A stretch of DNA of 64,000 nt, from NCBI GenBank assembly GCA_963803145.1, contig CAWDLW010000008.1:500944-564943 (forward strand), read 5' to 3'. Shown in pieces: positions 30,033-41,105 of this stretch. Every line of letters starts with the position of its first letter. The stretch's first letter is position 1. A program made the position numbers and the translations under genes. The notes beneath the pieces are model-generated. The model worked only from the letters and a program-made list of their open reading frames with translations. It ran no database searches and was not told where the DNA came from. The stretch comes from Methanotrichaceae archaeon. Its GTDB lineage: Archaea; Halobacteriota; Methanosarcinia; Methanotrichales; Methanotrichaceae.

Positions 30033-31520
30033 ATGACATTCTCAAATGATAGTCATGACTGTGCGATCTTACAGGATATCGCAAAGAGGGCAATGCTTGA
30101 AAGAGGATTGCTACCATACTTTTCTGCAGAAGCGCTTACCGAGCTTAATAATATCCAAGCACCTGCAACAATCGACAGCGATAAGGCACGCGATTTAAGA
30201 GATCTCCTATGGTCTTCCATCGATAATGACGACTCCCGCGACCTTGACCAGCTAACTGTCGCTGAAGTGATGCCGGATGAAAAGCTAAAGATTAGAGTCG
30301 CAGTAGCAGATGTGGACTCACTTGTCAAAAAAGGATCAGCCATTGACGAACAGGCACGTCACAACACTACATCAGTCTATACTCCGGGCCAGATATTTCC
30401 GATGCTTCCGGAAAAGCTCTCTACCGATCTCACATCATTAAATTTCAATCAAGATCGTCTGGCAATTGTCATAGAGATGGTGGTTGGTACAGATGGATCG
30501 ATTCAAGATTCAGATGTCTACCGTGCGGTAGTTCGTAACCATGCAAAGCTTGCATACGCCCGCGTTGCCGCATGGCTGGAAGGTAGCACAGATATGCCTT
30601 TGGAGATTGTGGCCGTAAAAGGACTGACAGAAAATCTACGCCTGCAAGATAGAGCCGCACAAAGCATGAAGAACCTTCGGCGTATCAAAGGTGCTCTGTG
30701 TCTTGAAACCATCGAAGCCAAACCGATATTTGAAGACAACAGCATCATCGATTTGCGCATTGAAGAAAAAGACCGTGCCAAAGACATTATTGAGGAATTT
30801 ATGATTGCAGCAAATGGAGCAATAGTCAGGTATCTTGCTTCAAAAAATCTTCCATCAATTCGCCGTGTAGTTCGCGTTCCAAAAAGATGGAATCGAATCG
30901 TAGAGATTGCTGCACAACATGCATTCAAGCTTCCCAAAAATCCAGATTCGAAAGAATTGGGATTGTTTTTGATAATGGAGAAAAAGGCCGATCCTCTTCG
31001 ATTCCCGGACCTATCTCTCGCCATTATTAAGCTACTAGGATCAGGCGAATATGTTGCGGAATTTCCAGGAAAGGATGCCACAGGACACTTTGGTCTTGCC
31101 GTCAAGGACTATACCCATTCAACAGCTCCCAATCGCCGATATCCTGATCTAATTACTCAACGCTTGCTAAAAGCTGCAATCGATGCAAGACCTATGCCTT
31201 ATACCAAGGATGAACTGGACGATCTGGCGGCTCATTGTACAGAACAAGAGGATGAGGCAGTAAAAGTTGAGCGTCAAGTAGGTAAATCTGCTGCGGGTCT
31301 TCTTATTAGATCCAGAATCGGTGAGCAGTTTGATGCCCTGGTTACAGGTGCATCCCCAAAGGGTACCTGGGTTCGGCTTCTAGAAATGCCTATTGAAGGG
31401 ATGCTGAAAACCGGATGCCATGGCATTGATGTTGGCGATCGTATTCGTGTGCGACTGATATCTGTAGATGTCGAGCAAGGCTTCATTGATTTTGAGAGAG
31501 TTGGCCAGCCACAACACTGA
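30033..31520 (+). CDS. RNB-domain exoribonuclease (RNase II/R family)
   Basis: SIDNDDSRDLDQ catalytic loop, YTHSTAPNRRYPD, C-terminal S1. Confidence 0.92.
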   Translation: MTFSNDSHDCAILQDIAKRAMLERGLLPYFSAEALTELNNIQAPATIDSDKARDLRDLLWSSIDNDDSRDLDQLTVAEVMPDEKLKIRVAVADVDSLVKKGSAIDEQARHNTTSVYTPGQIFPMLPEKLSTDLTSLNFNQDRLAIVIEMVVGTDGSIQDSDVYRAVVRNHAKLAYARVAAWLEGSTDMPLEIVAVKGLTENLRLQDRAAQSMKNLRRIKGALCLETIEAKPIFEDNSIIDLRIEEKDRAKDIIEEFMIAANGAIVRYLASKNLPSIRRVVRVPKRWNRIVEIAAQHAFKLPKNPDSKELGLFLIMEKKADPLRFPDLSLAIIKLLGSGEYVAEFPGKDATGHFGLAVKDYTHSTAPNRRYPDLITQRLLKAAIDARPMPYTKDELDDLAAHCTEQEDEAVKVERQVGKSAAGLLIRSRIGEQFDALVTGASPKGTWVRLLEMPIEGMLKTGCHGIDVGDRIRVRLISVDVEQGFIDFERVGQPQH

Positions 31521-31584
31521 CTAACTCTTCGTGATACATCTAATAGCTCGCCACCTGAGTTTAGGATAACCTAAAGGGCTATTA

Positions 31585-31780
31585 TCAGTGATCCAGCGAA
31601 GTATTAGAACAGCGGCGATAACTGTCTTTAAATTCAGACCCCCCCCCAAGAACGGCAAAGGATAAAACTATCACAAAGAAGAGGCTTGATCTATCCACTG
31701 CTGCCACCTTGAAGACATCGCCAACCCTGAGGGCGGCAAAGAAGGCATCCAGTAGGGCCAAGATAAGCCAATTTACCTCT
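31585..31780 (-). pseudogene. Internally deleted EamA-family transporter
   Basis: NWLILALLDAFFAAL joined directly to GDVFKVAAVDRSSLFFVIVLS. Confidence 0.55.
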
Positions 31781-31823
31781 GCCACCTTTATGCTATCCCT
31801 CAACTTTGTAGATTTGTGCATGT

Positions 31824-32600
31824 CTATGTACGCGGCTTTATAGCAATACGATTTTCAGGATATGCTATCCTGCTCCGCTTGCAAATGAAAGATTCGTCTA
31901 AGTCGGCGGCCATCTGCTGAGCAAGAGCTATAGGAATTCCCATGATCATCAGCTCAGGCGGCAGCCATGAGTTCCCCGTAGGATCTGTCGGACCAACATA
32001 AGCAGAGTCCTTCGGCGCATTCTCTGCCATGCTCGCTGGAAATGTAATCATTGTAGAACAAGTAGCTCCGGCTGGTATTACCGTCTTAGAGAACGGGTCA
32101 GAGCTATTGAACTGCGCCAGGCCACACAAGTTCCTGATCTGCTCACTGCCCGCGAAGAGGATGAGCGACCTAATATTGTCCGGTTTAATATCATCAGTAC
32201 AAGGCCCGATCACAATGTATTTGCCTGGCGGGGTGACTTTGCCGGCTCGCTTCCTCTGCTCTTCAAAGAGCTCTGGTGTCGCCTTCAAATGCTCGGCAGC
32301 GCCGCCATGGAACTCTGGCGTACCAATGGTCACGAAATATTTCAGCATAGGGTGAGGTTCATCGAACCCCATCCAGACCATTCCGCCAGGGCAGCACTGG
32401 TCATGGCTCGCATCTACATACAGCTGCGGAGTCTCCTCATAGAGAGCAGCAGTGTAGACCGCCTTCGCTATACAGCGATCTATAATGTATGATGGCATTG
32501 CGCTCTGTGGTATCTCCTCTGCGCCATAGACGCATAGAGGACGAAGCTTCAGCCTGCCAGCCTTGACAAGCTTTTTTCCTAACTCTTGAACGCTTAACAT
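31824..32600 (-). CDS. DUF169-family protein
   Basis: QCCPGG, GATCS, IAYP motifs typical of this family. Confidence 0.8.
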   Translation of the reverse strand: MLSVQELGKKLVKAGRLKLRPLCVYGAEEIPQSAMPSYIIDRCIAKAVYTAALYEETPQLYVDASHDQCCPGGMVWMGFDEPHPMLKYFVTIGTPEFHGGAAEHLKATPELFEEQRKRAGKVTPPGKYIVIGPCTDDIKPDNIRSLILFAGSEQIRNLCGLAQFNSSDPFSKTVIPAGATCSTMITFPASMAENAPKDSAYVGPTDPTGNSWLPPELMIMGIPIALAQQMAADLDESFICKRSRIAYPENRIAIKPRT

Positions 32601-33067
32601 GGCACAACCTTTATAGTAAAATCACTTTTATGAGATATACGCTTTGTCTAATCCATTCTAACCAGCATCAGTAATTATGGTCCAATGTTTCTTTATTGGC
32701 CACAGCTCAGTATAGATGGAGCTCCAGACAGTGTCTATCAGTACCCGTCTCTCCAAGCACCTGTCTCGCCAGGCTTGCGATCCCTCTGCCTGTCAAAAAA
32801 GATGAATAGTCGGAAAAGACACTATATTCTCTGATTATTCATATAGGGTCATATGCTACCGATCTTTCATCAATCGCCACCTTTAAATATCGGCGATTTA
32901 CGTATATAGTATAAGGCAAAAGTCGATACATGTTATAGCCTGTCTCTACCTCTTGACTTTTGCCTCCCTCTTCGTTATGCAATGTTGTGATTTATCCATT
33001 AGGTCTGCGTTTCCCATGATTCTAAGCCTTATATGGATGAGGAGAGAATTGTCCAGAGGCTATCCCG

Positions 33068-33301
33068 ATGACACCGAGGAGCCAGACTATGCGGGACGAA
33101 ATCCACACAGAACTTGTTGAAGCCTTATCATTTATCGCCAATAGAATTTTTAAAATATTCCCACCCCAAAGTAGAGATATAATCGACAAATACGAAGCCT
33201 TATGCCCCGCGTCCGCTAGCTTGGAAGATCTCAACGGCTGGCTATCAATGGTTTTATTTACAGCAGTAATCAGTCAGACGATGAGTGGGCACCCCATATA
33301 G
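33068..33301 (+). CDS. Hypothetical protein
   Basis: Short ORF with helical composition only. Confidence 0.35.
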   Translation: MTPRSQTMRDEIHTELVEALSFIANRIFKIFPPQSRDIIDKYEALCPASASLEDLNGWLSMVLFTAVISQTMSGHPI

Positions 33302-33354
33302 CATAAGGTATTGGTCATGAAGGGCTAGAAGGCAAGCCGCTAAACATTGAATTT

Positions 33355-33570
33355 TCAATCTAAATAAAACTCTTGCGGCCAATCCACCTTTTCCTCATAA
33401 CGCTGCTTGAGCATTTCATCAACCTCTGAGGTTCTGATGCCGAAGACTTCAGCCAGGATCTCTTTGGCTGCCTGGAGCTGCAGGGCCTTTGGATTAGTCC
33501 CGGGCATGGACGCATTACAGCCTATCAGTTGCCTCTGAGGTTTCCTTAACTGCTCAAGAACTCCTGCCAT
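33355..33570 (-). CDS. Small hypothetical protein
   Basis: LQAAKEILAEVFGIRTSEVDEML helical domain; start taken at MAGVL. Confidence 0.6.
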   Translation of the reverse strand: MAGVLEQLRKPQRQLIGCNASMPGTNPKALQLQAAKEILAEVFGIRTSEVDEMLKQRYEEKVDWPQEFYLD

Positions 33571-34763
33571 AGTATGCCTATTGGCCGTGTGAAGATAAGT
33601 AATTTGGCCGGAAATCAATATCATTAGAGCATTTTTGCAGTAAGGGATTAGAAGAATTACATAAAAAGAGAGGTGTTTTAGATAAAATGGATTAACTGGG
33701 TTCTTCGGGTGACCGACATCGAAAGGCTAGAGTGGAGAGCAGTTCTGGGAATAATAAGGCAAATTAAAATTTGCGAAATGACCGAACGCCGATTGAATTA
33801 ATATATACTTATCGATATTAATATCTTGGCTGCCAGCAGGTATCTACAATCGCCTCTAAGAATTGGTGATGCAACCGATGAAGATAAGACTCCCTAAAGG
33901 AGGTGAGAATACCAGACCGAGTATTTTTATAAGATCTATTTTTATATGCTAGCTATTTAAAATGGCCTAGGATCGACGACCTCAGGGCCATGACCATATC
34001 CAAAGGAAACATCCTAGGGGCTGCCTGTAGATGGCTTGAAGACTAATGGATAGGCTTAGGATGGAGAGGAGAGAAATAGTCAGGATACATGAGCGAAGGG
34101 ATGAGACAGGAGGATTATAGCTGAGTCAACTGTCTATTTAACGAGTAACCCTTCGCAATCTATCTATAATGATTATAAGGGTAAATAATTATCCCTTGTA
34201 GATAGATCGCCCGAAGGTTGATAGATAGACTTGGAAGGTGGAGTTGCGATAGTGTCTCCATTCAAGAACTACCAAAGCAACCCAATACGATAGTCACAGC
34301 AAGAGGTACTTAACGCCATTGGTTGGCAGGATACCTCTAGGATCATACTCACAATACCAGTCCAATCCTGCAAATGCAGGTATCAACTCCCTATGGATAA
34401 AAGGATCAACAGCTTGGGCACAGTACGCTGTGGTTCCTCTAGGATCAACCGTATCACTCCTGGCGATGTAGAAGCAGAGATGATAGGCGGATGCTGGAGC
34501 TTGTAAGCCTCTTATCTCTACTCCACAGCTCAACATTGCCCTTGTAGTAGCAATCGAATATCCACGTACTTTCCCTCTTACCCCTAGCAAATCGCCCAAA
34601 TCAAGAATATGGCAGGGCTGAGAGTAAAAATGTCAGGCATGTGCGCAGAGTGAAAGTAAAGAAGAAAAATGTGACCTGGCGCAGACCATCAGCATGGCTT
34701 AACGCTAATGATTCTCATGTCACTACGCTAGTGAGATTTCCATTCAATGCACCTGCTAACCGC

Positions 34764-35468
34764 TCATATTGGTGGCAGAATTGTACCTTGTGGATAGGGC
34801 TGAACCGGCGGAATCGGAGTTGGATATTGATAAGGCTGTGTATATGGTACTACATATATCGTAATTGAATTGCTTATCTGGCCATTGATAATGAAGTGCA
34901 GTATGTGCTGCCCTACTGTATCAGCGTTGAATGCTATCTGGTTGCCGCCAGGGAAGAAGTAAAAGCTGTTTGTAGATAGTGTTCCATCGGGTCTTGTTTC
35001 GTATAGATATCCATTGCCGCCCATAGAAGAGATCGCCAATAGAGAAAGACTTGATCCTTGTGGAACTTGAACATACTGTGTCCAAGCTGTTGTCCCTTGA
35101 ATCCACAGAGAGTTTCCTCCTGTGTTTGCAGGGTAGGTCTGATATTGAGCATAAGGTACTGCTTGCATTTGAGAGTTGAAGAACACCGTAGATGGTATCT
35201 CATGTGTTATTTCATGTTTCTTTGGTGCCCCAATATGCTTCTTGAAGCCGAAACCCTTGTTAAACGAGTAGTATTGGGAGAATTTCATATAGTTTGAGCC
35301 GAAGGATGGTGGATTGCCTCCAACCCAAGCATGGCCGATTCCATGATTGAACAGGTTTTCTGCTGCAGCTTCCCCAGGCCGCATCTCAACACCGTTTTCT
35401 GTATCCAGTGCTAATGCACACCCCATCAACGACGTGACAAGGATGACTGTTATAAGAATCTTATTCAT
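34764..35468 (-). CDS. Secreted hypothetical protein
   Basis: Signal peptide MNKILITV; LWIQGTTAWTQY and FNADTVGQHIL Ig-like segment. Confidence 0.8.
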   Translation of the reverse strand: MNKILITVILVTSLMGCALALDTENGVEMRPGEAAAENLFNHGIGHAWVGGNPPSFGSNYMKFSQYYSFNKGFGFKKHIGAPKKHEITHEIPSTVFFNSQMQAVPYAQYQTYPANTGGNSLWIQGTTAWTQYVQVPQGSSLSLLAISSMGGNGYLYETRPDGTLSTNSFYFFPGGNQIAFNADTVGQHILHFIINGQISNSITIYVVPYTQPYQYPTPIPPVQPYPQGTILPPI

Positions 35469-35967
35469 TATCGTGTAATCCCCTTTTCTTCTGTATGCAC
35501 TCATCTTTGCAGGGAGGAAGTTGGTTTTCCTCAAAGAACCATCTATAGCTAAAGGATAAGACTCTATCTTTCATATGGGATTAACATTGGCCCCACGTAT
35601 GCAAAAATCATTATTATTGCTGTATTCGCATGTTAATTGACCCTTGCATACTGATTATGCCTATATGTCTTCGATATCTGCGGGTATCCTGTTTAGACTT
35701 ACCCGCAAAAGGCTTAAAAACAGCATCTGTGGAATCGCCGCAATCACCGCAGATGGACATAGTGCAATGGATGCCATCTCCCTCGCCTCCCATACCACAA
35801 TCCATCACCTCCCAATCCGCCTGCCTTCTAAGGGCTCCAATTTCAGACCTGCTGGCAGACCTCAAGATTCAGCTTATTCTATGCGGGATGGCAAAATGAT
35901 TTCTTGAATTCTGTATGGCGAGATCCGATGCCACGATTTGAATTTCAAGAGTTTTATCTTCTAATTT

Positions 35968-38895
35968 TTATTCTGGAGTGGGGGCGGTAATATTCCGCAA
36001 TAATGTGGCAAGATCATCTAGTTTCACAGGCTTTGCGATGTAGCCATCCATGCCTGCTTCAAAACATTTCTCTTGATCTCCGTCCATGGCAAAGGCTGTA
36101 ATAGCCACTACCTTCGGCCCGTTATCGGGCCAGAGCTTGCGTATCTCCCTGGTAGCGGTGAGACCATCCATCTCTGGCATACGGATATCCATGAAAATCA
36201 GATCATATGGCCGGATTTGAAGCGCCTGAAGAACCTCACACCCATCAGCAACAGCATCGGGCCTGTAGCCTAGGCGTTTTAGCATCTCGACGAGCACTTT
36301 CTGGTTTGAAGGATTATCCTCAGCAACAAGGATCGACAGAGGCTTTTGAGGCGAGATGTTCTCATATGCGACAGCTCTATCCTTCTGGTCTAAGTCCAAT
36401 TGCTTTCCTGAAATAGTCTCTGCCTGAATGGTGAATCTGAATGTAGAACCCTTGCCTTCCTCGCTTTCAGCCCAAATCTCACCGCCCATAAGCTCGACAA
36501 GCTCCTTGCAAATGGCGAGTCCAAGTCCAGCGCCATCACGCTTGCGGCTCAGGGTGTACTCAAGCTGTGTAAATGGCTGGAAGAGCCTGTCCATCTTATC
36601 CTGGGGCATACCTATGCCTGTATCACTGACTGCAAATGTTATCCGGCGCTTGTTGCCTTCAATGACTTTGGAGGAGACAGACACTGATATATCCCCTTCA
36701 TCCGTGAACTTGACAGCATTGGAAAGCAAATTGACCAGAATCTGCCTGAGCCTTCCAGGATCTCCAATGATAGTATCAGGTGTACCATAGCTAACGGTAT
36801 AAGCGAGGTTCAAGCCTTTATCGTTGGCCTGAGCTGCCACCATGCCCATTGATTCCTCAATGAGGCACTTGAGACTGAGAGGTTGAAGCTCCAGCTTTAC
36901 TTTCTCCTTTTCAGCTCTCGAAAACTCAAGGATATCGCTGATGATTGATAGGAGAGCCTCGCCACCGTTTCTGATTCTCTCAATGTCCTCCTTCTGCTCT
37001 TCTGTGAGATTATCAGACAAGAGAAGGCTTGAGAAACCTATAACGGCGTTTAGGGGTGTCCTAAGCTCATGGCTCATATTCGCAAGGAAGGCAGCCTTTG
37101 CCCTGACCGACTCTTCGGCGGCATCTTTCGCCTTCAGAAGCTCTTCATTTGCTTTTACAAGATCGGCGGTCCTTTCCTGGACCCTCAGCTCTAGCTCATC
37201 CTTGGCCTTCTGTAGCGCCTGTTCCATCAATCTTTGCTGAGTGATGTCACGTTGCACACCCCAAGCCCTTACCAGATAGCCATTTTCGACAATACCGGTG
37301 AAGCTGTTCAATAAATAATGGATATTGCCCTGAATGTCAATCTCATGTGACTCGTTATCTACCAGCCGGTAGCCGGAACGGATGAAGGCTCGTAAGTGCT
37401 CAATATTGCGCTGGTCAGTTCGGGGGAAGATATCTTTCGACCGTGCACCGATGATATCCTCAGCTTTGGTCAGGCCATACATGTGGGCGTAGGCATCGTT
37501 GCACTCAGCAACATAGGCATGCTGTAAGAAATACTCAATCTGGTCATCTTCCGATAACATGATTGGCATAGGTTGATCACCTTCACACCGCCAGATGCCC
37601 TCTGAGCTTTGGGTAATAAAGGCACGGTAGCGTGCTTCGCTCTCCTGCAGGGCTTCTTCGGCCTGCTTGCGATCGGTGAGGTCCAGGATCGATGCAATCC
37701 AACCGATCACCTGCCCCTGTTCATCCTTGTCCGGCACGTAAGCGACATGTAAGAAACGTGACCCGATTCCTTTGAAATGAACCGGCGCCTCATATTCGAC
37801 CGGTTGCCCTCGTAAGGCGGCTTCGATGTGCGGATGGATAGTCTCGAAGCCATCTTCACCCATAATTTCAAGGATCGGTTTGCCAGCAATCTGATCGGGA
37901 GTGCGTCCGATCATTTGGGCGTAAGCGCGACTGGCATACAGATAGTGCAGGTCACGACTGCATCGAGTGAGAAAGAATGGCGTTCGGTTGAGGATCACCT
38001 CAAGCTCCGTATCTTTGGCACGTAACGCTTCTTCAGCCTTCTTGCGCTCCGTGATGTCCAGTCCGTAGATGCGGATGGCCTGGGTATTAGGAACGAGGTA
38101 CATCGACTGCTGGTACCACCTATTATCTATGAGCAGATCTCGGACAAAAGTGCTCGTTCCGCTCTTACGGAAAATCTGCACCACCTGTGCCCAATCAGTC
38201 AACCAGGGGTGGTTGCATCCACTTTCCTTGAGGTTGGGAAACAGCTCTTTGGCTGCGGGGTTGAGGAAATGAACACGTCCTTCCAGGTCAACTTCCGTGA
38301 TTGGGTTCGGATTGATCTTTGGGAAGGACGCTAGCTGTTCCAACTCAGCTTCCATCTTCTTGCGCTCAGTGATGTCCCTATTGCTTGCCCTACGACCGAG
38401 CCACTCCCCATTTCTTCCGAATACTGGTTGGCACATGTGGCTGATCCATCGGGTTTCTCCTTTTGCTGTTATAATACGATAATCGATATGCGCATTGCCA
38501 GTCTGCTCATTGAGATGGCGATTTCTATGCTGTTCAAAAGCTTCTCTATCATCTGGATGCGCTATGGCTGGGGAAAGATGAGGATTCTTTATGAATTCCT
38601 CAGCACTATATCCAGTTATTCGCTTGCAGGATGGCGAAACATGAATATATTTACCATCTGGGCCCATCCAGGCTTCCCAATCATAAGTGAAATCGATGAA
38701 CAGTCGGAACTTTTCTTCACTTTCTTTCAGCGCCTTCTCAGCGTCCGATAGCTCCTCAATGCTGGCTTGCAAGCTCTCCAATGCGTCGGATAGAACTTCG
38801 GACGCATTTGCTGGATCACTCACACATTTTATCTGGAGTTCCTTAAATCGCTCTGAAAGCTCGGATACCCTTTGGGAAAGGTTGTCAGCGGTCAT
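35968..38895 (-). CDS. Hybrid PAS-domain sensor histidine kinase / response regulator
   Basis: Four PAS/PAC domains, NMSHELRTPLN, NAVKFT, GAGLGL, C-terminal REC (FMDIRMP). Confidence 0.95.
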   Translation of the reverse strand: MTADNLSQRVSELSERFKELQIKCVSDPANASEVLSDALESLQASIEELSDAEKALKESEEKFRLFIDFTYDWEAWMGPDGKYIHVSPSCKRITGYSAEEFIKNPHLSPAIAHPDDREAFEQHRNRHLNEQTGNAHIDYRIITAKGETRWISHMCQPVFGRNGEWLGRRASNRDITERKKMEAELEQLASFPKINPNPITEVDLEGRVHFLNPAAKELFPNLKESGCNHPWLTDWAQVVQIFRKSGTSTFVRDLLIDNRWYQQSMYLVPNTQAIRIYGLDITERKKAEEALRAKDTELEVILNRTPFFLTRCSRDLHYLYASRAYAQMIGRTPDQIAGKPILEIMGEDGFETIHPHIEAALRGQPVEYEAPVHFKGIGSRFLHVAYVPDKDEQGQVIGWIASILDLTDRKQAEEALQESEARYRAFITQSSEGIWRCEGDQPMPIMLSEDDQIEYFLQHAYVAECNDAYAHMYGLTKAEDIIGARSKDIFPRTDQRNIEHLRAFIRSGYRLVDNESHEIDIQGNIHYLLNSFTGIVENGYLVRAWGVQRDITQQRLMEQALQKAKDELELRVQERTADLVKANEELLKAKDAAEESVRAKAAFLANMSHELRTPLNAVIGFSSLLLSDNLTEEQKEDIERIRNGGEALLSIISDILEFSRAEKEKVKLELQPLSLKCLIEESMGMVAAQANDKGLNLAYTVSYGTPDTIIGDPGRLRQILVNLLSNAVKFTDEGDISVSVSSKVIEGNKRRITFAVSDTGIGMPQDKMDRLFQPFTQLEYTLSRKRDGAGLGLAICKELVELMGGEIWAESEEGKGSTFRFTIQAETISGKQLDLDQKDRAVAYENISPQKPLSILVAEDNPSNQKVLVEMLKRLGYRPDAVADGCEVLQALQIRPYDLIFMDIRMPEMDGLTATREIRKLWPDNGPKVVAITAFAMDGDQEKCFEAGMDGYIAKPVKLDDLATLLRNITAPTPE

Positions 38896-39301
38896 TCTCT
38901 ACCTGGCCTAAACTGCCATAGATAATCGCGTTTTACTATCTATAATTTCCCTTCGGCTATTATTATTGGCCGGTAATAGATTAGGAGAAAACTAAGAGAT
39001 TTAACAATCGTCATCATCTGCGGAACTTTGTTTTGCTATGGCCTGACCCCCTTTCCTTCATCAACTCAACCATCATCGAAAATACCGGCGCCTCAAGGGG
39101 ATCATCCATCGCATAGAATGCTTCGCTTGAATGCTTCCTGGCCTATTTCGGCGATCATCTGGCTAGTATATCTGGTCCTCTTTCTTGAGCGCCCTTGAAG
39201 CCTTCAGCCGCCTGGCAGAAAGATCCTTCACGGCCATCCTCACGCTCTCGAAGCTCAAGCCTATGAAAAAAGATGAATAGTCAGAAGATGCACTATAATC
39301 T

Positions 39302-39973
39302 ATGAATGTCACAGATGCCTTGAAATCTCGTTTCACCTGTCGGGCTTTTGAACCGGATGCGGTGGATAGAGAAACGGTCATAAAAATACTGGATGCTGCG
39401 ACACGCGCGCCTTCATGGGGGAATACCCAGCCGTGGGAGATATTCGTTGCTGATGGACCTGTTCTGGATAAAATTCGCCAGGGTTACATGGAAAACTTTA
39501 AAAAAGGGGTTCCTTCCAAGCTGGAAATTCCAGCGCCGCTAAATTGGCCTCCTTACATAGCCCAACGCACTAAAGATCTCTTATCAGAGCGTTTTAGCGC
39601 CATGGGAATAGACCCCAACGATAAGGAAGCTATGAATGTATTTAGAGAGGCGAATTTTAGATTTTTCGGGGCACCAGTTGTAGTTTACCTATGTATGGAT
39701 AAGACCCTAACAACCTGGTCGGTATTTGATTTGGGATCGCTATCTCAGAGTATTATGCTGGCGGCTCAGGAGTACAATTTAGGATCAGCCGTTGCAGCAA
39801 TGCTGGTGATTTATCCTGACTTAATTCGGGAAACGCTTGGTATTCCAAAAGACCTTTCAATCGTAATTGGAATAGCCCTCGGATATTGCAATAAGCAAAG
39901 CCCACAAAATAAGTTCAGAAGCTCCAGAAGATCCATCCAGGAGATCATTCACTTTAACACCTCCGTGCCATAG
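39302..39973 (+). CDS. Nitroreductase family protein
   Basis: SRFTCRAF, RAPSWGNTQPW, GIALGY. Confidence 0.92.
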   Translation: MNVTDALKSRFTCRAFEPDAVDRETVIKILDAATRAPSWGNTQPWEIFVADGPVLDKIRQGYMENFKKGVPSKLEIPAPLNWPPYIAQRTKDLLSERFSAMGIDPNDKEAMNVFREANFRFFGAPVVVYLCMDKTLTTWSVFDLGSLSQSIMLAAQEYNLGSAVAAMLVIYPDLIRETLGIPKDLSIVIGIALGYCNKQSPQNKFRSSRRSIQEIIHFNTSVP

Positions 39974-40071
39974 GGTCAAAGCATGCAGAATTTGGGGCAA
40001 AGCCGGAAGTATGGCGAAAGCAAGAATCCCTTATTGCTGCGGGTATTGCGGGGATTCGAACGCTATTGGTT

Positions 40072-41040
40072 TTACCCATTTTGCGGGTCTCCGAGCCTTT
40101 TACCCAAGGCTGTAGACCCAACTACATCAGTGAATACAATTGCCAGTGTTACTTTTTCAAGTGCATGGACTCCACGGCGTTGACATGCCAAGCGTAATGC
40201 TCGATCCCAATGGTTGACTCCTGCCAAAGGGTCTGTTTCACTTCGTGCATCGAAACATACTAGCGCAAGAGATACTTCATTTAGATGCAATTGATGGATA
40301 ACTCGATATCCTGGTTGTCCAGCCAAATCCCATAGGAGTGTCTCACGCGTTTGCCTTCCTTTGCCATTCAATTCTATTTCATACGTATCAAAGGTCCAAA
40401 CATTCCTACCATGTGTTGATTCCGTCGCAATGAATGGTTGCCCAGTGTGGACAAGGCCAAGTCCTGTCTTACCAACCCCTGTATCTCCAACAAGAAGAGC
40501 TTTGGCGTTAACATAATGTCTGGTTGAGGTTGTAGCCTCCGCTTTCTGTAGCTTGGCTAGATCTATGTCCCAAATATCAACCGAGCCTTTTATTCTACCT
40601 GGCAAAATAATCATAGGAGATAATAGGTCAGAAACGATGTTAGTCATTGTACTTGGGTTACACATTTTATTTATTCGTAATACTTCAATCCATCCATCTG
40701 TTTTCCAGATGGACAGGGTACCTTATACTGAAAGTGAGGCGATAAACTGGCCAGCATTAAAGAAACATATAGAGATTACCGGATCTGTATGTGTTTCTAG
40801 TACATGAGTTTGTTTTTTCCTAGTTATATCCCATATTTGGATAGTACCATCACTTAATCCAATAGCAAGGATTTTCTCCCCAGGTGACCAAGCCATACAA
40901 TTAACAGAGCCGAAATCAGACGTATCCGTCGGTATTTTTTCATCTAATGCCAAAAGACAGAGTCCATCGTGTACTGATGCAAGGATAAATTCATCTGATA
41001 TCCAAGCAACGATAGATTGTCGGGAAAGCTTATATTCAAA
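40072..41040 (-). pseudogene. Decayed WD40 - Roc GTPase - nucleotide cyclase protein
   Basis: WD40 repeats, in-frame TAA at 40723 followed by GTLSIW, GDTGVGKT / WDLAGQ Roc motifs, then VFTDVVGST cyclase start; truncated. 5' limit approximate. Confidence 0.7.
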
Positions 41041-41105
41041 ATAGCCAACTTATAGCTAAAGATACGGAGAAGTAATACATCTGAAATCAGCGTCGGTAAA
41101 GGTTT

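Noticed and set aside
34294-34599. 101-aa ORF
   Set aside because: No motifs or RBS recognised; may be a decayed fragment.
35614-35865. Cys-containing small ORF as the radical SAM precursor
   Set aside because: 25 kb away, weak coding support, no recognisable precursor pattern.
40045-40070. GGGATTCGAAC T-loop-like motif
   Set aside because: Flanks do not pair into a T-stem.
40723-40725. In-frame stop as pyrrolysine or selenocysteine recoding
   Set aside because: Codon is TAA (as at 63509 and 7091), which is not recoded.
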